This document shows positions 13,746 through 27,074 of a stretch of DNA of 64,000 nt, piece after piece. Made by a program: the position numbers and the translations under genes. Source of the DNA: Eledone cirrhosa (Eukaryota). The stretch covers positions 46,500,001 to 46,564,000 of the forward strand of contig OZ024748.1 in the NCBI GenBank assembly GCA_964016885.1, written 5' to 3'. The notes beneath the pieces were generated by a model. The model searched no databases and was not told the DNA's origin. It saw only the letters and a list, made by a program, of their open reading frames with translations. Position 1 is the stretch's first letter. Every line of letters begins with the position of its first letter.

Positions 13746-14228
13746 ACTGGAGTCTACTAATTCAGTTTTAGTAACGAGGGGGCAGTAATGGAGAAAAGTT
13801 GATATGCCTATAAAAGCAATTGAATTCATCTTTCAGCACTGACTTGAGATAGTTTTAAACTGTTATCTACCTTTCATCTAGCAGTTTCGTAAGACTTGAA
13901 GGTAGGTCAGACTCACTGACAATAGAGAAAACAAAACTTAAGTTTACTTGTACTCGCTGTCAATGTAATTTTCATTGTATTAAATTACATTTGTTATACA
14001 AATGCCTCTCTCCTTCCCACCTCCCAGCTTGCCCTTCCTACATGTCCTGTAGGCCTTGAAAAGGGGTCACAAACATTGACTTACCCAAAATGTCAAAAAA
14101 TATGCAGCCCTTTTACCCCCATGCCCTAGGCCTAAAACCCAACCACCCTCCCCTACCTGATCTTTTTTCATTCTTTTTCCTTTTTCTCTATATTTTCCTA
14201 TTCTTTTTTTCTTTTGTTTCCTTTCTTT

Positions 14229-14765
14229 GGTGGTTTGGCAGTATCGAGAGAGCATCAGACACCATACTTTGCGACATAGAGTTATGGCCCTTTGTGCTCT
14301 GAGTCCAAATCCGCCGAAGTTAACTTTGCCTTTCATCCATAGGGTCGATAAAATAAAGTACCAGTGATGCACTGGGGTAATCGCTGGCCTTGTGCCAAAA
14401 GTAGAAACGCTATTATAGTTGTCATTATTATTTTGGCAATATCGGTTGAGCGTCAGACGTCATGTTTTGCAGCATAGAGTTACAGCCCTTTACTTTCTGA
14501 GTTAAAATCCCACCTGGGTTAGCTTTGCCTTCCATTCTTACGGTGTCGATAAAATAAAGTACCAGTAATGCACTGGGAGGTGGATTGGCAGTATCAGTAG
14601 AGGGTTGGACGCCATGCTTTGCAGCATAGATTTACGGCCCTTTACGGTGTGAGTTTAAATCCCGCTGGGGTTAGTTTCGCCTTTCATCCTTACGGAGTCG
14701 ATAAAATAAGGTACCAGTAATGCACTGGGGTCATTTCTGGGTTTGTTCAAAAGTAGAAACAATTA
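14229..14765 (+). mobile_element. Three consecutive SINE family A copies (14229-14416, 14433-14576, 14577-14765)
   Basis: Three repeats of the head, B box and core. Confidence 0.88.
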
Positions 14766-14888
14766 TATCTGAAAATAAAAGGTTAACCAATTATCTAAAC
14801 CAATATTTCTTTTTCCTCACTTTGCTTTCTTTCATACTTTGGAGCCAATAAATGACATGACAGACCGTCAAGCACTGGGGACAGCCCC

Positions 14889-14923
<35 letters not shown>

Positions 14924-15729
14924 AATAGTTTATGTGAAATGGGGCCCGAAAAACACGTATTTCAAATCACGGACCCAACAATCCTTTCACCAAAAACACT
15001 GTGTTTTCGGTGAAAGGATAAAGAAAAAAGAAAAAAATATAACTACAAAAATAATTTTAAGTTTATTATTTAGAATTTTAAACTATTTTTGCTCACTAGA
15101 TGAAATATATAACTCACTCACAGCTCCCTCCCCGTGTCCCTTTCACGTGTCTGAGGAGCCGTGAAAAGGGTCATATCCATATTGTGCCTCCATCCCTGAC
15201 TAAACACAAAATAAAATAAAATAAATAAATAAGCAAATAAATATAATACATAAATAAATAAGTAAATAAATAAGTAAATAAGTAAATAAAAAAGACAAAG
15301 CTAAATAAATAAAGATAAATAAATAAATTTCTCATAAAATCTTCCGAGAACACTGCACTGTACAGTCACAAAAAAGACGGGTTTTTTCCACTAACTAATT
15401 TAGTCACACTTCAATGCCACCACAGTCACTGAAGGACTAAAACACTAAAACAAAGTGAACAAAATAAAATTGAAAATAAAAGATACCTTCTCAAATAACA
15501 CAGCGAGATTTGATCGTGTTATTGCCAGACATAGAATTTGATATTAATCACAGCAAGTAGGCGCTTTACATAATGCTTTGTTATCAATTTTTATGAAATC
15601 TCAAGGACTCCAATGGTATTATATCAATAGTAAATGGTCGCTGAATCTAATTTTCTATTTTTCATTTTTCCCTACCTTCTATTGTATATTTGGGTTCAAC
15701 GTAATCCTGTTACATAATTCTGCAGATGA

Positions 15730-15802
15730 CACCTGATGAGGTCGTCGTGTCTTGCATCATAATCAGATGATGCAGCTGGGCCATCGAAATATGTATATAG
15801 TG
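15730..15802 (+). ncRNA. Type I hammerhead motif
   Basis: CAC-CUGAUGA...UGCAUCAU/AUGAUGCA...GAAA-UAUGUAUA-UA^GUG; stem I only 3 bp. Confidence 0.6.
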
Positions 15803-15994
15803 ATTTCGTGGAATGAAAATTCTAAAGTAAATTTTCCAGTCTGAATACTTTACTCCAATCCTGAACCAACCAGTGGATGCCACACCTACGATGGGTGACT
15901 TGCATAACGTTGAGTGCTTTAATTAATGTGTTGCCTCATCGTTACTAGACTGAACCACCGGTTCTACCCATTGGTAAACAACCTAACATAAATG

Positions 15995-16042
<48 letters not shown>

Positions 16043-16125
16043 TTAGTAATTATCGTCTTCCTGTCTTCCTCCGGTTGCAACGTTTTTTAAAATATCCAGT
16101 TCTACGTTTACAGATTGACTTTGTT

Positions 16126-16176
16126 AGTTTCAGAAGATCCCGTTAAGGGTGAAAGCAGCGATTCTTTGCTTAAACT
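16126..16176 (+). ncRNA. Hammerhead with CAGAAGA (U4A) core
   Basis: Stem I AGUUU/AAACU, stem II CCC/GGG, GAAA, stem III AGCAG/UUGCU; same core in the copy at 41865-41915. Confidence 0.6.
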
Positions 16177-16192
16177 TTAATCTGTTATTTTA

Positions 16193-16228
<36 letters not shown>

Positions 16229-16234
<6 letters not shown>

Positions 16235-16537
16235 ATACTTTAGGAGGGTCATGTTGCCAATAAGAAACACACGCACCAGTTGCTTTCACTTCAATTTATT
16301 ATATATTTATAAATCTATAAATTTCTGGTTGGTTGGTTGGTTCCACAACCAGATAGTTGTTTATATATAGTCATAGTCATTTCGTCACACACTATGTGAC
16401 CTCTTCAGTGACTGGGGATTCCTTTCTTTGTTTCTGTGCGTGTGTTTCTTATTGGCAACATGACCCTCCCAAAGTATAACAATATCGGTTTCAACACACG
16501 ATTTAAGATAAAGAATCTTGCCAAATAAATTCAGAAA

Positions 16538-16541
<4 letters not shown>
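16229..16541. mobile_element. Solo fold-back pLTR of the 6.2-9.5 kb PLE family with HHR (16369-16413, minus)
   Basis: High similarity to 9240-9459 and 6175-6381; TA-flanked. Confidence 0.88.
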
Positions 16542-16589
<48 letters not shown>

Positions 16590-16857
16590 GGTTGACTGAA
16601 CTGGCATGGGTATCACTGCTAGGCCCGGTTGCATCTGAGCATATTCAATACGTAATGTTAAATTAACTCCCAGAGTATACACATAGTTATTCGCTTCGAT
16701 ACATCGCACATAAACGGGTACCTTAGAATTCCGACAATCATTTGATTCCAGAGTCGGGCCCGATCGATACAAGTTGAACGTTGAGCTGATCAATAGCGAA
16801 ACGCACACGACACACCTCAATAAATCTAATGAAGATTTAACACCTCGTCCCCCTTAT

Positions 16858-16899
<42 letters not shown>

Positions 16900-17912
16900 A
16901 TATCTTTTTTAAAATACCGTTGTGCAGATATTTAAATTAATCTTGAAATGTTAAATAGTTTTTAAATATTTACTTCTACAAAACGTTTCGATCGATCGGT
17001 TTCGTCTAGCATCATTAACAAATGCCTTATTGATGAATGTGTTTATACTACCAGACTGGATTTGGAAACGAGGTCCTATATGTCTAAACTGAAGTTAATA
17101 ACATTATTAACAACAAATTCCTTAGCGAAATCAATAAGATACTTGATGACAAGCAGATATCAAACAGACAGAAATCTAGTATGAATGTAAATATAGGTAT
17201 ATACCTTAAGAATGTCTCTTAGCGTTCGAAACGTTAAAACCCTCTAACTGCTATATCAAGCGTTAACCTAACATATCCCTTCCATATACTGTACCGATTG
17301 TGTTGTTATTTCTGTTTACCTTTACACACATATATATAGGAGGAAATTGTAGTTTACTTGAAGCATTGCGTAATGAGGTATAAAGGTTTGGAGTTAGAAG
17401 GCCAAAACAATGCAGGTATGGATATAGAATATAAATACAAATGCCAAAGATATTGCTGCCAATTAGTCTTTTACCTTAAATTTATTTGAATATCCTTATT
17501 TTTCGAGATATCTCTTCTTCGGGGGGAAGTAAAGGGGTTAAACCGGTGTTCTAATTAGCTTGCCAAGTCATGCTGACAGGAAATGGTATAGAAAATCCAT
17601 TCAATTTCTAATGTCAAAGAGTGAAGTTTAGGTGGATAAAGAGTTGTCTCCCTTTAAAAAGGTGTTTGGACATGTATGTTAAAGTGTGTGTGGGAGAATA
17701 CGTGAAGGTGTAAGCATGCATGTGTGTGTGCGTGTGTGTGTGTGTGAGTGTGAGAGGATATGTTTATATGTAAATGTGGGGGCTAGATGCTCTATCATGT
17801 TAACACTGGTCTTTGTGTGTGTGTGAGAGAGAATACGTGGAGGTGTAAGCGTGTGCGTGTGTGTGTGAGAGAGAGGGTACGTGGAGGTTTAAGTGTGGGG
17901 CTAGGTGCTCTA

Positions 17913-18623
17913 TCATGTTAAAAATTGTGTGTTGAGTTCTAGTCTGTTATTGATTGGTGGTTGTGTTTTGTCTATAATCAGTGCTTCTTTAATTCTAAGA
18001 TTGCCGAGGTTTCTTTCCTTAGCTTCCCTCCTAACTATTATGTTTTTGTCAGTGTTGTTGCATTTCACTAGGTGTTTCTTAAATGAGGAAGCGTTAGTAT
18101 TGAGGTGTTCTTTCATTCTTATGTGAAGTGGTCTGGTGGTGCTACCTACGTAGAAGTTGCTGCATTTGTCGCACTCTAGTACGAGGTAAGCCTGGTGGCA
18201 TAGGTCTGTGTCGTTGATGGGGCAGTTGGCTAGCCTGCAGCGGCTGTCATGTCTGGTGGAGTGTCTTTTGGTTAGCTGTCCGCGTAGAGAATGTCCTGAG
18301 TGGGCTAGTTGGATATCTAGTCCCTCTCGTCTGATAGCTCTGCGGATGGCTGTTGTTGTTTCGTCACTGAAGTGATGGAGCTTCAGGAAGCAAGTGTTAG
18401 TGCCTCGGGTGTGGTGTACGCTGTTGTTTCTGGCACGGTTCGCGGTGGACGTCGGGTATCCGTTCAGTTTGTGTATCTCGGTGTGTGTATCTCGGGCTCC
18501 AGCGTCAGTGCATTTGTTCTGGATACGTGTTAGTTCGTTCCTTATGTATCCGAACTTAGCGCTGGTTGGAAGGGCCGAACTGAAATGTACGAACAGGTCC
18601 CTGCTGGCGGCTTTTTTATAGAA

Positions 18624-18625
<2 letters not shown>
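17913..18625 (-). pseudogene. 5'-truncated PLE: RT thumb + GIY-YIG endonuclease
   Basis: FYKKAASRDLFVHFSSALP, NGYP, CxxxxCxxxxxxxC, CDKCSNFYVGSTTRPLHIRMKEH, LRIKEALII...PPIN; begins at a TA tract. Confidence 0.9.
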
Positions 18626-18699
<74 letters not shown>

Positions 18700-18891
18700 A
18701 AAACGAAGAAAGTGTGGTAAGGAACCAGATGGACCATAACGCACCAGAGTACTCAATACTTAGGGTATTAGAGTGGGTAACAGGAAAATGTTTGACCCCG
18801 AGGGTAGAGTTCAAGCTGTTTCGATGGCTATTTTTGGACTAGAAATAGCCGTCGAAACGGCTTGAACTATGCCGTCGGGGTCAAACATTTT

Positions 18892-18893
<2 letters not shown>
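18700..18893 (-). mobile_element. Fold-back 3' fragment of the 42057-44460 family
   Basis: Matches 44330-44460 in reverse; hairpin centred near 18836. Confidence 0.8.
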
Positions 18894-18984
<91 letters not shown>

Positions 18985-19398
18985 GTATATATATATATAT
19001 AATACATACATACATACACACATACACGTACATAGTACATATATATATTCACACATACATGTATATACACATATATATACATATACATATACACACACAC
19101 ATACATCATACATACATATATACACACATATACACACATATATATACACATATACACATACATACATATATATACACATATACACACATACATATATATA
19201 TACACATAGACACATACACATACATACACACATACACATATATACACATATGTACGCACACATACACATACATCACGGGGTATAAAAAAAATTTCATTTG
19301 ACGAAAAGAATTTATAACGAGTTTGACCGAAACAAATCCAACGTTGGCATCTCGGGGATTGAAAGAAAAAGATTCGTTATAGTGAAACATTCATTATA

Positions 19399-19762
19399 AT
19401 AATTATTTCTACTTTTGGCACAAGGCCAGCAATTATCAGTGCATTACTGGTACTTTATTTTATCGACCCCATAAGGATGAAAGGCAAAGTTAACCTCGGC
19501 GGGATTTGACTCAGAATGGCAAAGGTCGTAACTCTATGCGTCAAAGCATGGCGTCCGACCCTCTAGCGATACTGCCAATCTACTCATTATAATAACTGTT
19601 TCTACATTTGGCACAAGGCCAGCAATTATCCCAGTGTATTACTGGTACTTTATTTTATGGACCCCGTAAGTTAACCTCGGCGGGATTTGAACTCAGAATG
19701 GCAAGGGCCGTAACTCTATGCGTCAAAGCATGTCGTCCGATCCTCTACCGATACTGCCAATC
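19399..19762 (-). mobile_element. Two tandem SINE family A copies (19399-19582, 19591-19762)
   Basis: Each copy is bounded by CATTATAATAA. Confidence 0.9.
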
Positions 19763-20326
19763 TACTCATTATAATAATATTCGTTGTAACGGAATTTTCC
19801 ATCTACTTGTAGATGTCAATATTTTGAATATATCTTTACAATTGAAACTCTACATAAGAGATTAGTAAGCCGCAAAAATCTTAATCTGATGTTTTCACAC
19901 ACTAAACAAAGTGTTGGGTGGTACCTCTGTTGAATTGATACAGGTCTAAACTAGGCCACACCTATATCTCATGTTCAACCATTCAGTAATTTGATATAAT
20001 GTCGTTCAAGTTACTCAGTGACTTCAAAAATTCGATCCATACCAGCGTATGAAAGAAAAGGAGCAGAATATATATATATATATATATATATGCAGAGGTT
20101 ATATTTAATTTGTTGGGATTCAACAGGCTTAACATTTTTTATAACTGATATAAAGCACTCAACAGTTTAGTGGAGTAAATATACCATACAATATATTAAT
20201 AAATGGAAACTATATTTATAAAACCATAGTTATTTTATTATATATATTTCAAGGGCGGCCAACAGCGAATTTCAACCGTTGAGGTTGTCTTTTTTCCGGG
20301 TCAATATTTATTTAAAAACAAATTTG

Positions 20327-20392
20327 TATTTTATCTGATGAAAGCGCACCATAATTTTCCTTGGTCGCCCTTGAAATATATATAAGAAAATA
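20327..20392 (+). ncRNA. Type I hammerhead (family of 2929-2994) in fold-back element 20095-20437
   Basis: UAUUUUAU-CUGAUGA...GAAA-UAUAUA-UA-AGAAAAUA. Confidence 0.65.
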
Positions 20393-20430
20393 ATTATGCT
20401 TTTATAAATATAGTTTCCATTTATTAATAT

Positions 20431-20468
<38 letters not shown>

Positions 20469-20508
20469 TATAAATATTAATAAAATAGATGTTCTTTTGA
20501 TCAATTAC

Positions 20509-20561
20509 ATTTTATTATACATATTTCGGATGTACAAAAGTACGTCCTCATCAGACAAAAT
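20509..20561 (-). ncRNA. Type I hammerhead
   Basis: AUUUUGU-CUGAUGA-GGACGUAC/GUACAUCC-GAAA-UAUGUA-UA^AUAAAAU; second copy at 57669-57721 (+). Confidence 0.8.
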
Positions 20562-20941
20562 ATAATGATAATTGACATACCCTGAGATGTTAAATGGTTA
20601 ATATTTAATCAAGTTAGTGATTAACCTAAGAGAAAATTGAACATATATACCCTAATTATGAGAAAATGCGAAAACGTAATAAATTCATTAGAGAATGTGT
20701 GAGTAAGAAAAACGTTGCTTAATGTAACTGTTATAGAGATTTTATAATGTATGATACTACAATATATCTAGGAAAACATCTGATGAATCATAACAGCCAG
20801 TGATAGCCACTGGAAAAGGATTTATAAAGACGGAAAGATAAGGGGGGAGGGGGGGGGGGGGGGGTGATATATGCAGAAGGAGATTTTTCCCGAAAATTAA
20901 ACGGTTAAATTTGAAAATTTTTAATTTTTAATATTAGGGTG

Positions 20942-21016
<75 letters not shown>

Positions 21017-21144
21017 TTTATATATATATACACACATATATGTATATATATACACACATACATGTATATATATATATATACACATATATGTATATTTTTA
21101 TATATATACACAAATACATGTATATGCATATATACACATATATG

Positions 21145-21553
21145 TAATTCTTTTCTTTCGCACTCTTGGTCTAGCAGGTCGTTCTTTTTCTCTCTCTCGT
21201 CTACGATTTCACAGAACTCACGTTCACCGAAATCACAGACTAGATCCATTCTTCCTCCCGTTAGACCTGTACGGAATTCCTTCCTTGCTTACATTCCAAC
21301 CAGGTTTGATGGTCTTTATTCTCTCTCGTTCACGATTTCACCGAATTTAAATTCATAGAAATTTGGGACTTGACTTCTTCTTCCTCACTTTTCGTTGCTC
21401 ACCATTTTTGTTGTTTACACTCTTGTCCCCTTTATTTACGTGTCCCAACGACTTTTTTAGCCGTTGCTCGCACCAACCGGAGGTATATGGTCTTTAAAGC
21501 AATGAAATACCAATGATGGTTGGAAGATCACTGATGAAGGACTAACTTTATTC

Positions 21554-21555
<2 letters not shown>
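21145..21555 (+). mobile_element. TA-flanked repeat ending in a rearranged hammerhead (21467-21540)
   Basis: Close copy at 56850-57410; diverged inverse copy at 27075-27650. Confidence 0.85.
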
Positions 21556-21587
<32 letters not shown>

Positions 21588-21651
21588 ATGTATATATATA
21601 TACACATATATGTATATATATATATACACATACATGTATATATATATACAC

Positions 21652-21699
<48 letters not shown>

Positions 21700-21917
21700 G
21701 TGTGTGTGTGTATGTATGCATGTATGTATATGTCTGTGTATGTATATATGAAAGAATACACGTGATCTATAAATATAGCACTGATTCTATTCAATATTGT
21801 TGTTGTTGGTGATGGTGTTGTTGGTAGTTTTGGTGGTAGTAGTGTTGATGTTAGTGTTAGTGTTATTGATGTACTCGTGTTGTTTTTATTGTGACATCTT
21901 TGTTGTTTGCCTTTCAT

Positions 21918-22090
21918 AATTGTTTCTATTTTTGGCACAAGGCCAGCAATTACTCAGTACATTGCTGGTACTTTATTTTATCGACCCAGTCAGGATGAAA
22001 GGCAAATTTAACCTCGGCGTATTTAAACTTAGTCCATAAAGAGACGTAACTGTGCTGCAAAGCATGGCGTCCGACACTCTGCCGATACTG
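21918..22090 (-). mobile_element. SINE family A, head-to-head with a LINE fragment
   Basis: Reverse complement of the family A sequence. Confidence 0.88.
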
Positions 22091-22091
22091 T

Positions 22092-23000
22092 CCAGCGGGC
22101 TACGGCAATCAGTGGAGACTCCACTTCGACATTATATAGAGGGTTAGTACGTCACAAGGGCGACGACGTGCTCGGCGAGACTCTATGTGTCGAAGACGAC
22201 GAACTCACCAGTCTGTTTGGTAGGACTTTCCGCCCGGGACCTATGGACAACTTCCAGAGGTCCCTGGCCTGGCAGTGCTACCGAGGAGCTCTACCAGTTC
22301 GAAACAAGATCTACAGGCACGGACGCCCGGCAGGGATCCTTCCAAGATACGAGCAGGACATTGAAACCGTCTTGCACGGAATTGTACACTGCCCGGGCGT
22401 AACCGACCTGTGGAACTACGCAGAACCACTGCTGTCGGGTATGGGGCAAATCCAGTTGACTGCCGAGTCCATAGTAAGGATCAAACCGCCAGCTTCTTTC
22501 AAAAACGAAAGAGAGGTATTTATCATCTGTATAGTGGTTTTGGTGAAAGAGGTTATATGGTGGACGAGATTGAGAAGACTGAGGACAGATGCCTTTCTCT
22601 CCGGACAACAACTCATTCCCTTCTTTAGGTACCACTTGAGAAGGAGAATCAGAGTGGAGAGAGAGGCACTGCACCCCAGTAAATTTACTGAAAGGTGGGT
22701 GAATGTGGCAAAAATGGCCCGAGTCAGTGGGCCTTCTCTGTATATAAACCTGTAGGTTGAAGATGAGAGCAAAAGTAAGAAAGGAGTACTTGCACCACAC
22801 GGTCCTGAAGCTGAGGGTTATTCTATCTAGGGGGTATTAAACAACGCATTTGTGGCGCCTCCCCGCTATTGAGGATTTCGATTGTTATAATTATTTGTTT
22901 GTTTCAAAATGTTTACAAGATTCTATGTAAAATCCCGGCATGTGTCTTTGATTTGTCCCCTTTTCTTGTGCGCCCTTGTGGCTAATAAAGAAATATATCT
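22092..23000 (+). mobile_element. 5'-truncated Tx1/L1-like LINE (ORF2 C-terminus + 3' UTR)
   Basis: ORF 22168-22755 is homologous to 60042-61130 (PMDNFQRSLAWQCYRGALPVR; degenerate CCHC ETVLHGIVHC); 3' end AATAAAGAAATATATCT. Confidence 0.85.
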
Positions 23001-23185
23001 TTCATAATGTTGTTCTAAGTGATGTTGTAGTTGTTGGTAGTTAGGTTGGTGTTGTTGGTAGTAGTATTGTTGTTGTTAGTGATGTTGTTGCTAGTGTTGT
23101 TGTTGTTAGTGATGTTGTTGTTGGTAGTGTTGTTGTTGGAGGTGGGGTAGTTGCTAGTTGTCTTGTTGTTGTTAGTGATGTTGTA

Positions 23186-24816
23186 GTTGTTGGTAGTATT
23201 ATTTGTGGTGTTGTTGGTAGTGTTATTGGTGGTGTTGTTGGTAGTGTTATTGGTGGTGTTGTTGGTAGTGTTATTGGTGGTGGTGTTGGTAGTGTTACTG
23301 GTGGTGTTGTTGGTAGTGTTATTGGTGGTGTTGTTGGTAGTGTTATTGGTGGTGTTGTTGGTAGTGTTATTGGTGGTGTTGTTGGTAGTGTTATTGGTGG
23401 TGTTGTTGGTAGTGTTATTGGTGGTGTTGTTGGTAGTGTTATTGGTGGTGTTGTTGGTAGTGTTATTGGTGGTGGTGTTGGTAGTGTTACTGGTGGTGTT
23501 GTTGGTAGTGTTATTGGTGGTGTTGTTGGTAGTGTTATTGGTGGTGGTGTTGGTAGTGTTACTGGTGGTGTTGTCGGTAGTGTTATTGGTGGTGTTGTCG
23601 GTAGTGTTACTGGTGGTGTTGTTGGTAGTGTTATTGGTGGTGTTGTTGGTAGTGTTATTGGTGGTGTTGTTGGTAGTGTTATTGGTGGTGTTGTTGGTAG
23701 TGTTATTGGTGGTGGTGTTGGTAGTGTTATTGGTGGTGTTGTTGGTAGTGTTATTGGTGGTGTTGTCGGTAGTGTTACTGGTGGTGTTGTTGGTAGTGTT
23801 ATTGGTGGTGTTGTTGGTAGTGTTATTGGTGGTGTTGTCGGTAGTGTTACTGGTGGTGTTGTTGGTAGTGTTATTGGTGGTGTTGTTGGTAGTGTTACTG
23901 GTGGTGTTGTTGGTAGTGTTATTGGTGGTGTTGTTGGTAGTGTTATTGGTGGTGTTGTTGGTAGTGTTATTGGTGGTGTTGTTGGTAGTGTTATTGGTGG
24001 TGTTGTTGGTAGTGTTATTGGTGTTGTTGTTGGTAGTGTTATTGGTGGTGTTGTTGGTAGTGTTACTGGTAGTGTTGTTGGTAGTGTTATTGGTGGTGTT
24101 GTTGGTAGTGTTACTGGTAGTGTTGTTGGTAGTGTTATTGGTGGTGTTGTTGGTAGTGTTATTGGTGGTGTTGTTGGTAGTGTTATTGGTGGTGTTGTTG
24201 GTAGTGTTACTGGTAGTGTTGTTGGTAGTGTTACTGGTGGTGTTGTTGGTAGTGTTACTGGTAGTGTTGTTGGTAGTGTTATTGGTGGTGTTGTTGGTAG
24301 TGTTATTGGTGGTGTTGTTGGTAGTGTTATTGGTGGTGTTGTTGGTAGTGTTATTGGTGGTGTTGTTGGTAGTGTTATTGGTGGTGTTGTTGGTAGTGTT
24401 ATTGGTGGTGTTGTTGGTAGTGTTATTGGTGGTGTTGTTGGTAGTGTTATTGGTGGTGTTGTTGGTAGTGTTATTGGTGGTGTTGTTGGTAGTGTTATTG
24501 GTGGTGTTGTTGGTAGTGTTATTGGTGGTGGTGTTGGTAGTGTTACTGGTGGTGTTATTGGTAGTGTTATTGGTGGTGTTGTTGGTAGTGTTATTGGTGG
24601 TGTTGTTGGTAGTGTTATTGGTGGTGTTGTTGGTAGTCTTACTGGTGGTCTTGTTGGTAGTCTTACTGGTGGTCTTGTTGGTAGTGTTATTGGTGGTGTT
24701 GTTGGTAGTGTTATTGGTGGTGTTGTTGGTAGTGTTATTGGTGGTGTTGTTAGTAGTGTTATTGGTGGTGTTGTTGGTAGTGTTATTGGTGGTGTTGTTG
24801 GTAGTGTTACTGGTGG
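23186..24816. repeat. 24-bp minisatellite (GTTGGTAGTGTTATTGGTGGTGTT)n
   Basis: Direct reading; source of the spurious poly-VL ORF. Confidence 0.97.
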
Positions 24817-25410
24817 TGAGGGAGCATGGCCTAATGGTTTCAGTGTTGGTCTTACAGTCCTATTATCTCATTTCAACAGCTGAGTAAACTGGAGCAACGG
24901 GAAATAAAGTGTCTTGCTCAAGGAATTACTAAGTTAGTAATTTAATGTAAGGAACTTACATAAAATTATTTTGGAATATCTTAATTTAAATTGGAAACTT
25001 TTAAATGAGTATTTTATTCCATAGAATCAGAACCGGTTTTGGCCGGGTTGGCAACTAAAGGGTTAAGTGACTGAGAGTAGATGATCCCTCACTTCCACTG
25101 GACAGGTTGCAGGGGTAGCTCCAAGTATCTGCTGGTATTCACTCAGTGTGTGTGAGTGTGAGTATGCAGGTTCAACTGGTCTCCTCCAAGGTATATCTCG
25201 TTCGAGGTGTCTTAGGTGATTTTTAATGATAGGCACCCCAGTCCTATCATCTCATTTCTGCAGCTGAGTAAATTGGAGCAACGTGTAATAAAGTGTTTTA
25301 CTCAAGGAAACAACACATTACCCGGTCCGACAATTGAACTCACAACCTTTCCATTGCAAGCCCAATGCTCGCCATCGAAAGGTTGTGAGTTCAATTATCA
25401 GTGTTATCAC
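24816..25410. mobile_element. Second copy of the composite SINE-B block
   Basis: Colinear with 13157-13722. Confidence 0.85.
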
Positions 25411-25770
25411 TAATGGAGTGAATGAACTCAAACAAATCATACTACAATCTCTTTTCTAGAATATATAGCCTCCTTCATCATTTAGGTTTGGCTCAAATAC
25501 TCTCGAAAAAACACAATGTGATAAACTTATTGTGTGTTTTAGTTTAAACAATTCATTGTCGAAGAAAGGTAAAATAGAAAAGACTGGAAACGAAACACGT
25601 AACACCACGCACAATATATAATAAAGCAAAGTAAAATGAAAAGGAAACGGAACGAAACGCAATAAAATGTAGAAATTATTTCTGATATAATATAGAAACT
25701 GAGAACATAGAATGTAACCTATAAATTTCAGAATATATATATATATATACAGCGAGAGAAAGAGAGAGGG

Positions 25771-25811
<41 letters not shown>

Positions 25812-25812
25812 C

Positions 25813-25885
<73 letters not shown>

Positions 25886-25974
25886 AGATGTATCTATAAG
25901 TTTCGTCGTATTGGTATTCAGAATTACAAAAGAATATTTTAAAACTTTATTGCCAAAGATATTAAAATTCCAAT

Positions 25975-26013
<39 letters not shown>

Positions 26014-26146
26014 CACACACATATACACACACACACACACACATATACACATATAGACACACATATACACATATACACATACAGGCACACACACATACAG
26101 ACACACACACATATATACACACACACACACATATAGACACACATAT

Positions 26147-26191
<45 letters not shown>

Positions 26192-26574
26192 AACACACTC
26201 ACATATATATTTGATGCTCTGTTACTGAATAAATCTAAATATATTTTCCGTCACCGAAAACAGAGGAAAAGGAATAGCTAGAGCTGAATTCCAAAATATT
26301 AACTATTTTATAATATTATGGACAAGTCAATAAGAACATGAAATGGAATGAAATAAAATAAAATAAAATAAAATAAAATAAAATAAAATAAAATAAAATA
26401 AAATAAAATAAAATAAAACAAAATAAAATAAAATAAAATAAAATAAAATGAAATAAAAATAAAAGAAATATGATAAAATAGATAAATAAATAAGAGCGGG
26501 AAATGAAATCTTGGAAACGAGGATGAAAAATCAATAAATCTGAGAACTGTGATAGCAATATTTAGGACTATTCT

Positions 26575-27066
<492 letters not shown>

Positions 27067-27074
27067 TATAGATA

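Noticed and set aside
17493-17530. Minus-strand CCGAAGA-AGAG/CUC-GAAA downstream of the PLE fragment
   Set aside because: Core altered and stem I unconvincing; at best a decayed motif.
23187-24887. 566-aa poly-Val/Leu ORF
   Set aside because: Translation of a 24-bp minisatellite; no non-repetitive coding content.
25460-25568. Possible host exon (TCTTTTCTAG acceptor, AAG/GTAAAA donor)
   Set aside because: Stop codons in all three frames; no supporting neighbouring exons.
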